From contig JAYWIR010000077.1 of assembly GCA_036172245.1 (NCBI GenBank), positions 124,001 through 188,000 on the forward strand: 64,000 nucleotides of DNA. Direction: 5' to 3'. The notes under the pieces were generated by a model. The model was not told where the DNA came from and made no database searches. It worked only from the letters and a program-made list of their open reading frames with translations. The position numbers were made by a program, and so were the translations under genes. Shown piece after piece: positions 37,540 through 50,250 of this stretch. The DNA is from Raillietiella orientalis. Lineage: Eukaryota. Each line of letters opens with the position of its first letter. Position 1 is the first letter of the stretch.

Positions 37540-40200
37540 CTTTCCATTCTCTTCCACATTCTCAGCCAACTCCAGCAACAGGTCGTTAACTCGGATTCCT
37601 TCTCGTTGCAAAGTACCATCTCATAGATGCATATACCACTGGGCATCTACAACAGCAATAAACTTCTGTGGCAATCCTCAAAAGCTGTTTCCTACAGGAC
37701 AGAAATTCTTACCATCTGCATCTGCTCCTTTTCTGTGTCTGTCAGTCCATTAGCTAACCCAATATTTTGCCTTGTGATCAGCCAACTTTTCATTAAGGTA
37801 AGGGTGAAAGTTTCGTGACATTTTTTTTTTCTTTTCCAATAGCTGCTTTTTTGTAGCTGCTACTGGTTACAAGTGGTAAATGTCCTCGATAGCCTTGATA
37901 AGATTTCAACCTTAAGTTACAGTTTCCTTTACATTTCCTGGAGAATGGCTTGATTTCTTATTTGAGTGCCTGCAGGCATCCATCTCTGTCATTGGTCTTT
38001 TGAATTTCCACCTTCGGTACTGACCTTTGGAATTTCGTTCGAAACTGCACGATGGTTTCAACATTCAAAAGCTTCATCTTTCTCTAAACGGGTCTGTGAT
38101 CTCTAGGTGGGAAAAGACCAGCTCATGTTTCATTTTCCAGGAGTGATTTTAAATTGACAGTGATACTCACTCGGAGTGATGTTCGCTGTACAAATTGCTA
38201 AAATCGATTGGAGGAGTTGATGACTGGGATCAGTAGTCTTCCGAACTGTAACGACAGAGTATGAAGACGTTCCAAATGAGTGGTTAGCATTCATGGTCAC
38301 TTGGGACGCCAGTGGCATTGAGTGTCCAGTTGATGTGAAAATCCAGAATGATCCACTGTTAGTTCCATATCCATATATTTGTCCATGCAGCCCGCTTTTT
38401 CCACCTTTCTAATTGCAGCTAAGCATGCATATGATTTGTCTTGTTCATTCACTCATATGCTTTTTAAATGTTAGATAGCATCCATATTGCTACCACGTCT
38501 TCTATTCAGAGAAGGTGCCCATTTTACAAACGATGAAAGTCTGGATAATCAGATGCATCCTTTTTTGCAAAGCTTCTCACCAGTTTTTTCTTCTGCTTTT
38601 CTTTTTTCTTCCTTCCTAAACTGCACTAGACATTTTAAGGAAGAAGCAATGCTCGGGCTTCAGGCCATTTCATGGATTCGACGTTCAGTTCACCAATTTT
38701 GCCGGTGTTTGAAAATGTACCTACTGAATCATTAGTATGGTAAAATTGCATTTCATTTTGCTTGCTGCTGCACAGGAATTGCTCTGGGAGGTTCTCACTT
38801 TCAACGCCATGCAGTTTTTATTATTACATTGTATGAACATTCTTCTTGAGCATTTTCAGTTCCTCATTATGGATGCAATCACCATTTGAATTCCTCACTG
38901 TGTAATCACTCCCTGCGGCAGTTTCCGATTCTCAGGTAAATTTCCATCTCCAGTTCGTGAACTTCATCAGGGCATAAATGCTCCCTTCGATGAAGTCACA
39001 ACTGCACTCCGTAAGCTTTTGTTTGCTCGAATTCAAAATCAAACTCAATTTTTTAGGTTCTTGGATATTTGGTGATTTAAATGTAGTGCGAAACTTTGGA
39101 AGCACTGTAGGAAAATCTCAGCTGCAGCTTTTTTCTCATATTTCGTGAATCTGTAGAATAAGAATCATAATTATAACTTTCTTAGAGAGTTTTGGAAGCC
39201 CCAGGTTTGGAAGACTGGCAATAGAGTAACTCTGCCTAATTTAAGACCATTGACCTCACAGACACTATCAAGTGATCATCTAAATGATTGAATGCGTCCA
39301 TCAGCTACAAGTCAAATATCCAAAAGTCCTGAAGAATGATAGCCGCAATATGGTTTTCCTGATGGTGGATTCAAAAATGCCCAAATTCTTTTCCGCCTCG
39401 TGCTTTTTTCCCAAGAAAGTGAAATCCAAGAAGGAGTTCATTTTTCGGTGAGGATTTTCTTTCCGAAAGACGATGAGAACTCGGCTCCACATTTAGCGCT
39501 GACTACCTCAACCTACTCGAAGCCATTAGATTCTCAAGAAATCTGCATGTTTGTAAGTTTAGAAGAATGGGGAGGCTGCAAATCGTACTGTGGAAAAGGG
39601 ACCCAGTCATTGACCAGGTACCCAGTCAGCTCACAAAAATCCTGAACACAGAGTAAACCTCAGTCCAGTTATAATCTCTGTAAACCATCATTAAACATCT
39701 GCAACTCAAATAATAGACTCTGGTTCTCTTTTCTGGTTAAGTATTTGGGACTCATCTGAAGACATTCGAAAATTTCATGATCTCTTCGCTTGAGAGGAAT
39801 CCTTTTATAGATGGGAGCTCCACTTCACAGATGAAGCATTACAACCTGCAGCAACCATCTTTCTGTATGGTAAACTTTCTCCTTAAAACAGAAAGCTTCG
39901 GATAACCAGTGGCGAATTGTGATGATCTGAAGAGTAGGTCCTGTGATGGAACAATTTCCTCGAAAGTCCGTTCGAAACTATGGTTATGGTACGAGCCTCT
40001 CTTGGATCTTGCTTCTGGCCCTATTCGCCTCAGACGTGAGCAACGTTCAAGGTTGTTTAGCTTTCCTTTCGAAGAGATGGGAGGCAGAAAAGCATCCTTC
40101 CTAACGGTAGTAGGAATCTTCTGAAGATAAATAGAACTTTTAATTCTTTGCATATGCTAGCGATTTTTTCGAGCATAGCCTTCGATGCAATCCATTCTTC
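37540..40200 (-). mobile_element. Degenerate Mutator-like (MULE) transposon ORF: transposase, SWIM, PHD, Ulp1-like protease, PHD
   Basis: In order: LTGYLVNDW..LTNMQIS*ES (~39630-39525), ECSCDFIEG (SWIM, ~39010), HGVESENLPEQFLCS (~38810-38765), LLIPVINS..PKVEIQKTNDRDGCLQAL (~38240-37965) and EVYCCCRCP..EMVLCNE (~37665-37605). Confidence 0.5.
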
Positions 40201-40975
40201 GTGCAATCACTGGGCTACGAATCGAATTCACCGAGGTGGATTTTAATCCTTTCACTTGTCAAGCCTCTCATGCATGAAAATTACCTTTAGCCTGAAGAAA
40301 AGCACCCTTCATAGATCCGTATTCCTGAAGGATTCTTCTTCATGCTTATCCTTCGCGTAACTCTTCACCAAATGCTCCTCCTTGCTGACGTTTCATTCCA
40401 AACAAACCCGGGATTACGTGCAAGATCTTGCAACGACTCTGTAAAGCTCATTCTCCCTGATCGGGAGCATCCTCTGAAAACGCCATTCCACTGTGATGAA
40501 TCTCCACTGCAGCTAATGTCCGCCTTCCAAACTCTGGCATCAACGCTCCATAATTCTAGAGAGGACTCGCGATCTGGTTGATAGTCATTGAGCACGCGAT
40601 CTTGAACTCGGAGTTTCCTCCTTCCGCTCGGCTCGCCATCTCCTCGGATGTACTGCTGCACTCGGAAGTTTCCTCCTCTCTGTGGCTCCCCCCCTCACCT
40701 TCGGATGCTCCGCAGCTTCCCTGCGGCGTTCACATGGAAAAGAAGCTGAGGACGCGCTGCAATTCCAAGCGCCCGGAGTCCCTCGCAGCAACAATGGAGG
40801 CGTTGCTCCGAGTTGGATCGATAGTCACGTGAGAGGCGGCAGCTTTGGCTGCCAAGCAAAACGAGCCGCAAGGTGGGCGGCTCGCAACCGAAGTCTGCGG
40901 AGCTCCCCTGCGATCACCTCCCCTACATCGTAGGGCGCTCTCCCGCCGGTGAAGAGAAAGTAGCCACAAGGCACC

Positions 40976-43102
40976 ATGGGGAATGAGAAGCCTCAGCGAA
41001 GCAACCCTTGTCTGTGCGTGACTTCCTCAGAAAGCTCATCCACCCCTGGATCCACGTCCGTGTCCTGCTCCTCTGGGCAAACAACGAGTGATCAGTACAC
41101 GAATTCGACAGTCTCCGGTTGCTTTGCCTGCAGCAGGAAGAAGATTTGCGACCTGCAGCCGCAGTTCATGAGTTCTCCCGTTGGGTGCAGACGGGGATTG
41201 GAGGACTCCCGGTCTTCGAGCAGCTCTGGACAACAGCGGCAAGCATCGAACGGGTCTCAGCGATACTACAAAGGAAGAAAACGTCCAGGAGAGACGACCT
41301 CGTCTAACGCCGAGGGCTGGAGCGCCGGTGATCTCCCGGACAGCGGTCCCTGCGGACAGCGACATACAAGGGGCTCGCGAGTCGGCGCCAAAAGTTGTCT
41401 CTCCCTTCCCCTGGCAAAGCCCTTTGGAATCGAAGACGACAGTGGAGAACGAAGTCCCCTGAGGCCGCGCGCGATGGTCCCACGTCTTCTGGGTCGTTGC
41501 CGTCGCCCGAAGAAGAAGAAACCCATCTCAGAGCTAATGCTATCGCCTCTTCTGGAGGAGAGCAGCGGCGATTCACTGCTGAGGCGAGAGAGCGTCAAAC
41601 CGTTCCCTGCCCTAGATCCGCGCGGAGAGGACGTAGGGCTCTTCTTCGAGACGCCTTCGGAATCGTCCTGTCCGGAGGGTCAAACCGAACTCCGTAGGAA
41701 TGCAGAGGAAGCCAAAAAGAGCCTCTCAGACGGAGAGCACCACCGTGGAGGAGCCGCAGAAGGGAGAAGACGGAGCGCTGCTTCAGCAGAGCGGCAGAGA
41801 CCAGAGCGCGCGGGCCCTGCAGGATGCGTTCGGAAGGAACCCCGGGGTAGCAGGCGGATGGGAAACTTCAGAAGGCGCCGAAGGCATTTGGGTGGGGAAT
41901 GCAAGATTTGTTTTCCTCGGAACTCTCTTGCTTCCTCGAGCTCTTGTTGTCTGACTCCCGGCACGGTTCCCCACCCTTGCTCCGGAAAGAGGCGCTGCTC
42001 TCGCGACGACTCCTTCAGAAGGGCGATGAATGCCTTCATCGAGGAGTTCTCCCAGAAGTTCAAAGAGAATCTGGACCTGCGCCTGGGGAGCAATGGTCTG
42101 GTACGGTCGTCCTGCTGCCAGGGACGCTGCTGCTGCCCAAGGCGCGCTCGCTCCGATCCGAGGAGGCTGGAGTCGAGGAGCAGCGACACGACCCAGGCGG
42201 CGCCTCCCTTTAATAGAGGTCTTCTTTCCTATGCCCCTCCGGTTCGGCGCTATCCCCTGCAAAACTGGGCGCGGATGGAGTGTTGCAACCCTAATATGAA
42301 GCCCCGCGAGTTGCTGCGAATTTTCCCTCCTTCCTTCAAGGGACGTGGGCAGAACAAGGTCTCCTCCTCGCCTTCCTCCTGCGGGAAGCCTCCTTCTCCT
42401 CCTCCACCGTCCTGCTCGCCCCAGAGACCCCTTCCTGGTGCCATGAAGATCTCCTGCAGGCATCCCTGTGGACGAGGAGCAGCGCCGCAGTTCCTTATCA
42501 GCCAGTGCGGCAGCGAGACAGTGCCGCCGCCACTGGACTGCCGGAGAAAGGTGTTGGAGGAGGAGAGCGCGTGTCCTCGCTGCTGTTGCTGCTGCCCCCA
42601 CCGCTCTCGTCCTCGCCGCCGCTGCTGCTGCTGTTGCTGCTCTGAAGGGAAGGTGGAGGGCCGCGGTGCGGCCGCCATCTGTTCCAGGAAGATCCGGTGC
42701 GACAAGCCGAAAGCATGTCCCACGGAGCGCGTCAGGGGATCGGCACCCTCACCTTTCTCGACCTACTACCTAACTCACGTCTGTCCATTGCATAGCGTGT
42801 ACTGCGAGGGCAAGGACGGCAGACCTCTCACGTGGTGGTGTCAGCAGTCCCCCTCCTGCCCTCCGCCTCCGTGCTGTTGCTGCTGCAGCCGCAGCCGCCG
42901 CGACTCTGCCTGCGCAGAGGAGCACCCGCATGCCTTCAGCTACCGATCTCATAATTACAGTCACCCCAGAACCCAATGGAAGTCGAGGAAGGGAAGGAAG
43001 GAGAGAATGGGAAGAAGAGCGGTGAGACGGAAGGGGGAAAGGGGTGTGGTTCGAGGAAGCTTGAGGACAGAATTCGTCTATCCTCCTGTAGTTCCCGGCT
43101 GA
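40976..43102 (+). CDS. Intronless 708-aa Cys/Arg/Pro/Ser-rich hypothetical protein
   Basis: 2127-bp uninterrupted ORF with strong Kozak context GGCACCATGG. Contains poly-Cys and poly-Pro runs. No family recognised. Confidence 0.6.
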   Translation: MGNEKPQRSNPCLCVTSSESSSTPGSTSVSCSSGQTTSDQYTNSTVSGCFACSRKKICDLQPQFMSSPVGCRRGLEDSRSSSSSGQQRQASNGSQRYYKGRKRPGETTSSNAEGWSAGDLPDSGPCGQRHTRGSRVGAKSCLSLPLAKPFGIEDDSGERSPLRPRAMVPRLLGRCRRPKKKKPISELMLSPLLEESSGDSLLRRESVKPFPALDPRGEDVGLFFETPSESSCPEGQTELRRNAEEAKKSLSDGEHHRGGAAEGRRRSAASAERQRPERAGPAGCVRKEPRGSRRMGNFRRRRRHLGGECKICFPRNSLASSSSCCLTPGTVPHPCSGKRRCSRDDSFRRAMNAFIEEFSQKFKENLDLRLGSNGLVRSSCCQGRCCCPRRARSDPRRLESRSSDTTQAAPPFNRGLLSYAPPVRRYPLQNWARMECCNPNMKPRELLRIFPPSFKGRGQNKVSSSPSSCGKPPSPPPPSCSPQRPLPGAMKISCRHPCGRGAAPQFLISQCGSETVPPPLDCRRKVLEEESACPRCCCCCPHRSRPRRRCCCCCCSEGKVEGRGAAAICSRKIRCDKPKACPTERVRGSAPSPFSTYYLTHVCPLHSVYCEGKDGRPLTWWCQQSPSCPPPPCCCCCSRSRRDSACAEEHPHAFSYRSHNYSHPRTQWKSRKGRKERMGRRAVRRKGERGVVRGSLRTEFVYPPVVPG

Positions 43103-45699
43103 AGGCGTCCAAAATCCCTGCTTCCGTGCGAAAGCTCCTCCTACCCTCGCGTGTGCTTGCTCTGAAGACGTCACCGCCGCCGCGCCTCTTGGCTGCGCCG
43201 AGGTGAGTCAGTTGCCTCGGAGGAAAAGGAGTGGAAAAGAAGACGCCTTCTACTTTCCTCTCCTCCCCCCCCTTTTTCGTTTTTTCCATTTCCTCCCTCC
43301 ATTCATCTTCTCTTGTTCCTCAGCGCCCACGACGTTGCCGCTGCCGCTGCCGCGTGAGGCTGGCAGGGAGTTACCAGAGGGCAAGGCCACGAGGCGCTGG
43401 CTGAAAAAACAAAGGTCATTGGGACTCGGCCGGCGGTACTGCAGTACGCCCTTACCTCCCTCTCTTGCAGTTTTCTTCATCTTCTCCATGTGTTGCTGAT
43501 GTTTTTCTTGCCATCGCACCCTCTACGAGCCTGCTTGCGTTCCCTCTTCTCAGGACAACTACTGGACTGGGAGCCGCCTCGGCACGGCCAGAGGAGAGGA
43601 GAAAGAAAAGAGTAGAGTCTTTCTTTTCCTTTACTCTATTAGCAGTGACACTCCGAGAACCATTCTTTCTTCCTCGCCTCTGTTCTCGTGACAAGCAAGG
43701 CATCCTGGTACTCCCGACGCTTTTTCCAAAGCTCAGCGATCCCACACGAGGGGACAGTCCCAGAGAGGCTTCCTCCGAAAAAGTGTCGCCATTACCCCTC
43801 TTCCACTCCCTCCTTCACTTCTGTGTTTCTCGCGAGCGATAAAGGTCATCTAGGATGCCATCATTCTTCCTCTGACAGCTTCAAATTGCTGGAGAAGATA
43901 TAAGTGGTGCGACCGACTGCGGCAGCGGTCGCAATCCGTGAGGAGTCAGGAAGACTCAGAAAGAGCGACTCCTCGGCCAAAGCTCAAGTGAAAGCGAAGG
44001 TGCATCCACTCCGCATTTTCGTGAACTCTCGCTCTGTGAGATCTCAGGACGCTGCCATTTCTCTGGGAGGTCTGCTGTCTTAGTGCCATGGAAATTCGCC
44101 CATTCGTCTGTCTCCTATCCACAGCCCATTATCCCCCGAAGTTTACCGGCTCTGGAACCGTGCTGCTGCTGCTGCTATTGCTCCTATCCTGTTCCTTGTA
44201 GGGCACAGACAGGTCCCTTCATTTGTTTCTGAAAGACTTCGCGATGTGGGAGAAGAAGGGACTATCATATCTATTTTCCGAGCCAAAATGCGTGACCTCT
44301 GGAAGTGAGAAAGGAAGGTGCACCCTCCCTCCCTTCTCTCCAGCATTACCAGTATTTCTCTTTACTCCTTGGATAAACCCCCCCCTCCCCCCCCTGTTGC
44401 CAAGCGCTGGGAGCGACCTATCCCGCGGGGACAGGTAGCTCCCAGACGGAGAGAGAGGGAAAAGGAGTTTCACCAGTAGGGATGGCGCCGCTTATCAGTT
44501 TAAGATTGTCAGCATTCCAGCACATGCCCTCCCCGTCGAAGATCTGCCTCGGAAAGACTCAATAGCTGGTCGATGCGTCATTGTCTGGGACTCCGACTTT
44601 CAGGGAGGCGCTACAAACGCCATCCTTCGGTATTTCCAAAGAAGGCGTTCGAGGAGGAGGAGGAAAGAGGAGTATTCCAGCCTTTATGGCTCTCACACGC
44701 ACTCCATAAGAGGTTCTCCTGAAAAGAATCACATTTCTCAGAGGAAGTGAAGATCGATGGAAGGACTGATGAGGATGCTGAGGGCCCGCAATAGCAAGAC
44801 ATTCATGGAAAAATCTTTCTTCTTGGCGTCATCGCCACACAGATGGATGCATCCCTCCCAGACAGGGGGAACTGCACGGACGCATGCCCTCAGAAACGAC
44901 CTCAGAGGAGGAATAAGGCAGAAGCGGAAACCAAGGGTGCCGTCTCCCCAAAACGGACCCATTCCCGAACTGTGACAGGAGAGTTCACTTTTGGAGGAAG
45001 AGACGCAGCATAGATTCTCAGTGGGGTTCCTCCACTCCTGTGTTCTCCTGGAACCGCCTTCTGATGCCCTTAGAGAGAAAAAAAGATGCAGGTAGCAAGA
45101 GTGAGGAAGACATGCTCCACATGGGTGGGGCTTCCGCTACTTTTTTCCTTTTGGTCTCGAGAAGGGAAAGGAAAAGGTATGATGACGTCTCGAGAATTTT
45201 CCTCGTTTCGGGAATCTTTCGCTTCCAGTTGAGGTGCTATTCTTGGCTTCCTTGGGGATACTCCATTGCTCAGAGTTCCTCTTTTTTTTCAAGGAAAAAA
45301 AAATGTACTCATTGAGAAAAATTCGAAATGAATTCATTCTCTCGAGATCTGCTCACTGTTGCTAGGGGAACGAGTGCCCTTACCGATCCTGGCTTCTGGC
45401 ACGCCGACGTAACTCAGCACCTGCAACATTTTATTCGTGCGCAAGTGGGTATCATCAAACTCTTCCGCTTTGGAGGATTCGGAGAGATGGTGATCAGATG
45501 ACGTGTATTGTAAAAGGTGTGGTATTTGGTTCCTTCAAAATTTCTCTCTTTCTTTCAAGAAAGGAGAGTAGGAAGGAGGAGGGGGAAGAAGAGGAAAGGT
45601 TCCATAGCTTTCTTCATTCGCCTCTTGCTTTGCCCTGTTCTTATAACGGTAGCTCCTAAGGGCTTTTTCATTACGGAAGGCCACTCTAGCGGTGCTTCC

Positions 45700-47900
45700 T
45701 ACAGGCGTCAAGAAAGCACCGCGTATTTAGGCGCATCCTTCCTTTTTCCGAACTCTCTGACTGTCTCTTTGGAGTCTTCAATCTTCTTGTTTCTATGTCA
45801 TTCCCTGAGTAGCTGGGTTCTAGGGAGGATGCTCTTGCTTCTGAATGACTTTCCTTGACAGTGATACGGGGGAGCCAGTCCTCTGGGTTGCCACACCTCC
45901 TTTGGAGCACCGTTGAAGAGAGTTCATAAGGATAGGCGACGTCCAATGCGACTACTTTCCTTTATTCCTTCAGCGCCAGATCGGGTTTTAACTTTGTGTC
46001 TACTTCCGAAATGCTGAGATGAGGTTTGTACAAATATAAATAATCTCAATGAAGTCCATCTTACCGAGGCAGCGTCCATACCGACGAGGAGGCTCAGCGC
46101 ACCGACATAGAGAGTGCCATCTTCCCCGGTCCGCCCAGCCATCGGATGGTTCGCTCTAAATATAAAGAAAGTGATAAAATAAGGCGAGCTTCCGTCCTGA
46201 GTTCCTGCCTCCTTCATTTTTGTCATGGAGGGTGTGCTTTCTCTCCTCCACGTTCGTTTCGCGATCGCTGTCGGTCGATTTCTCCATTTCTGTTTTGTCA
46301 CCGTCCAACTGATCTATGCATTTCTTTCCGAAGAAAGGTTCATTTTTCTCCTGAGAAACCCACTCTGAAAACCTCTTGCAGACTGTCCTATCCGCAGGCA
46401 ACTCCCACCTACGCCCTCCGAGGATCGCTCCTGGTTCTCGGTAGAAGATATGGCTACCACCATATTTTCTGGAGGAGTCTCCTATTCTGGTTGTTTCTTT
46501 TCTGCACGTCTCCTCTTTTAATTCGGTAACTTTGACCTCCGTCCCTCGCTCTTGTGTTGACTGTGTCGGTTTTTTCTTGCAATTGCGTGTTAATCTGGGG
46601 TTTCTCCATCTCTTCTTTAAAGGGATGGATGGTCCCTGGAGTTTCAGACAGGTTTCATGCTTTAGGCATTCCTGCGTAGTATGTCTCGCCGCCCTACAGA
46701 AGCATCTCCTGCATGTGGAAGCCTTATTTTGTACATGTGACTTTCGGGAGCTTCCCTATGGCTGAATTGCACCCAAAGCACCATTTACGGCTGTTGGCTT
46801 TCAAAGCTGAAGACTGGATCAGGTTAGCTAGCCGGCGCGAAGGCGCTGCCTCTCGTGAGAGTGCCACATCGTTGTCGGACTCTTTCCGCGCGGAACGTTT
46901 TTTTGCTCCTCCGTCGCGACGTAACGATGTTTTCAGGCCTCTCTTCTCTCAAAACCTGTCCACCTTCTCATCTCATGTTAAAGGACTGTTCATTTTAAAT
47001 ACAGAAAATGAATTTTGACAAAGTTCGGGGATATATGGGAAAAACGAGGAGAGAACATTTTTTTCCAATTCTGCAATCTTCCCCCTATGAGCTAGTGTTC
47101 GTATTCAGTCGGAGAATCTGGTTGAGTGGGACTAGTCATGCTGGTTTTCCCCTCTCTCCTTCCACATTTGTGTCGTCTCACTCCCACTCAAAAGGACCTA
47201 CGGAAACCTCCTGTTCAGGGAGCTCGTATAGAACGTCACTGGTAAGGTGCGATCCTGCTTTCTCGGAATCGATGCAGGGTTCCCTGACCCCGATCTCCAT
47301 GCTGCCTCAAACATTCGGGTGGACGTTCTTGAGTGAGTTCCGAGCCAGCACCCCCGGGTTCCAAGACCACACTCCAGAACTGTTCGTTGAGTCTCTACAC
47401 CCGTTGAGCAGATGTTCTCTCTTTGTAGATCTTATTGCCAGCTGGAATCCGTGTCGTGGTTCAGGCTGCGCATCCTGCAGATTTTCTGTTGTTCCTTCCT
47501 GGTCTTCGGAAGAAGACCGGTGCAAAGTGCTTGTCGTTTTCGTTAACCACGCAGCGCACGAGACATGATGTTCAGCGGGCACATGCTGTAGCGTTAGTGT
47601 GCGAAGGGTCCACTCACTCATATCACGTACGCACCCGGCAGGCATCGCGTGCGAAGATGGAGAGGTCTGGACTGCCCGTAAGGAATGGTAGCAAATGGAA
47701 GGACACTCAGCACTCGTAGCCGTGCCTTCCCGGACGTCGTGAGATGGGATCCGTGGGAAAGGAGGATCTCTTCAGCAGCGTGCTTTCCAAAAATTCTGGG
47801 TTCACCTTGCTTTTTTCTATACAAGTTGCGGATTGCGCAATCACCGTCAGACTTCGCACAAGCTGCGTGGGAAACCAAGCATTTCCAAAAACCATGCCTA
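45700..47900 (-). mobile_element. R2/NeSL-type non-LTR retrotransposon remnant (RT, CCHC, restriction-like endonuclease)
   Basis: VDTKLKPDLALKE*RKVVALDVAYPYEL (~46000-45920) is the REL PD..D motif. Upstream lie LCRCAEP, EGVGG (GGLG-like) and RT N-terminal-like WTLRTLTLQHV..SSSEDQEG. Confidence 0.6.
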
Positions 47901-48149
47901 GGTTTTCAACGTTTCCTAGAAAAGATACGAGAAAGAAAAAAAAGAGCAATGAAAATAAAAGTCAAAGAAATTATACTCGGAATTTATATCCGTCCACTTC
48001 GCTGGTGGTCTGCGTCTGCTCATCAACGTGGTCCAAAGAAAACATTGCTATTGTGCAGACTGGGAGCAACGACGATTGCCGGATGATTCTTCCGAAATGG
48101 GTTGAGTCACGCTCGTGCGTCGCCTATCTGTTTCACTTTTGATTTTGTT

Positions 48150-50250
48150 TAAGATCCCTATCTTAGTAAAATCTACCTGGAGGGAACAGACCCCATCCAA
48201 AAGGGATGCAATGAAGGAGCTGCATGGCGGGCTGTCGGGGAGCAGAATACTCCCAGCCAGTTGCAACCATTCATCCGGGTGACCTAGGTAAGGATCACTC
48301 GAGATGTATGCAAACGTAAATCATCTTACGTTTTGGGAGTCGGAGCGTCTAAATAGAATGGCAGCTTCCAGATACCTGGGATGGGAGAGTGTTCTGACTT
48401 GAATAAAAAGAAATTTTTCTGCCTTGCATCTTCGTTTCCTTTCTGATTCAGGGGAAAAAAAGTTAATAATGCAGCAGAAATAATAGATGCCACCCTTATA
48501 GGAGATTAGATGGAGTCCACGGCTGCAGATGGTCTTCAGGGTTCATGGATGCCATTCACGTGGATGGCGTCTAGGACTGTTCTGCAAACTCTTGAAGGCT
48601 GGCCGCTTTCCCATGAAAATCTGGTGAACTGAACTCTTGGTAGATTCAATGAAGCACTGTTCCCTTAAGATAGAGGCTGCTCCTCCTATCGCATTCTTTT
48701 CATCGAGAATGAATCCTTAATTAACATAGTGCGACCCCATTTAGCGTGATAGAAAGGAACGTGCTATTGAGAGTATTCAGGCAGGAGTATGCAGACGAAG
48801 TATGACTCCATGCTCGAGTTTGATCCTAGTATTCCACGAGCATAGAGTACAGTGACATTTTATCCACTTGGAGGATATCTGCAAAGCAGCGATATTTGCT
48901 CACCTTGATATCTCGAGCTGGTCTGTGATCTCGAAAAGAGATCTCATGTTCGGCGTTACGGCTCGATCTCTTCGCAGCACTGGTAACCTGGAGTGGCGAT
49001 CCCTGCTATTTCCCACTCTCGAGTGATGGCTTTCCGTCTTCCTTATGCCGCCTTTACGATGCAAGGGGAAATCCTACTGAGCTGCACCTCTGACAGTGAT
49101 TTCGTAAGTGAGGCAGGGTGGTCATCCCGATCCCACTTCTGAGGCGAGGTCGATCTTCTCCTGTCTCCTGGACGCTTTTACAGACAGCAAGATCGTATAA
49201 TCTTAAAATCGTCGGTACTTTCCGGAAAGTAGGAATTAAGTTGATGCATTTTGTATTCTCGTCTAGGTATTCTCATTCTCATTCTCTTGGACAGGGCTCT
49301 TTTGAGTAAGGTTTTCCATGTCTCATTGGTGCAGGATGGCGTGCTTTCTGGGCGGAATATCACCCCTGGTGCTTCGGCTAACGGTGAAATCCCCTACAAT
49401 CAGTTGAGACTCTCTATTGTAAAGTGCTAGAGAGATGCTCATTTGGCTAGATTTCTGTCTTCCGATGTTCCATTTTCTCTTATGTTGATGGGTATGTACG
49501 TAAACTTTCCCGAGGTTTTCATAGGCGCGGAGTCATCTTCATCCTCTTCGGAGGATTATGCTAAAATTTTCATTCTGACTGAATCTCATAGAATGAAGAG
49601 AGCAAATTCTACAATGAACGGATCAGGATATGTGGATGGCGGTTTAACATAGCTGTCTGTAGAGAAAGGGTCGCCATCCGTCTTGTTTAGTGCTAGGCAT
49701 CCCTTGGCATGTTCCCTGTGGAAGTGCTCGTTTACGGTCTTGTTTGGGAGATTTAAACGTTGTTTAACACTTCATTCTAATTTTTATGCCTACAGTTGTC
49801 CACTCTGAAGATACACTAGTCCTGTATAAAAGAATACTTTTAGTTCATGTAGCTTTTTCTAGGCAGAGGTCCCACAGCCGCACAGGGTCTGTATCCTGAC
49901 AACCGTCGGTCCCTAGAAAGGATTACCAACCCCTTTTTAGGAAACGACATATTGTATGCCTGGGATGCATTCAGTAAAGGATTCCCAATGATTTATACGG
50001 AATGACATAGGCCGTATCCGTCAAGTAGTCGCTCTATGATGAAGGGTGGCACACTTCTTTGGCTTTGTCTTTTCTGAATAGCTACTCGGAATATATAGTT
50101 TTTCTTGCAGTTTTCCCGATGTGTCGGAGATCAAAGCTAGGTCATTTCACACTTGAGGGAATGAACGGTTTTTTTATTATCTGGACGAGAGGTTCCAGGA
50201 CTGTCTTGAACAGCAGTGAGCTCAGTGATCGGAGTCTGATTCGCTCCCCA
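48150..50250 (-). mobile_element. Gypsy pol remnant (RT to integrase)
   Basis: RT: PLVQIIKK..FDLRH and PMSFRI..CIPGIQYVVS/KGLVILS (decayed YxDD region). Integrase: LEHGVILR/ILLPE..YHAKWG (H2C2 region) and AAVDS/YKGGIYYFCCIINFFS (rve). Confidence 0.5.

Noticed and set aside
41036..43289. Many overlapping ORFs around the 708-aa ORF, and 54967-55596 opposite the coiled-coil ORF
   Set aside because: They are shadow ORFs from GC content and codon bias.
44760..44810. CTGATGA hammerhead-like core (also at ~2015 and ~60228)
   Set aside because: No flanking stems and GAAA in the required arrangement.
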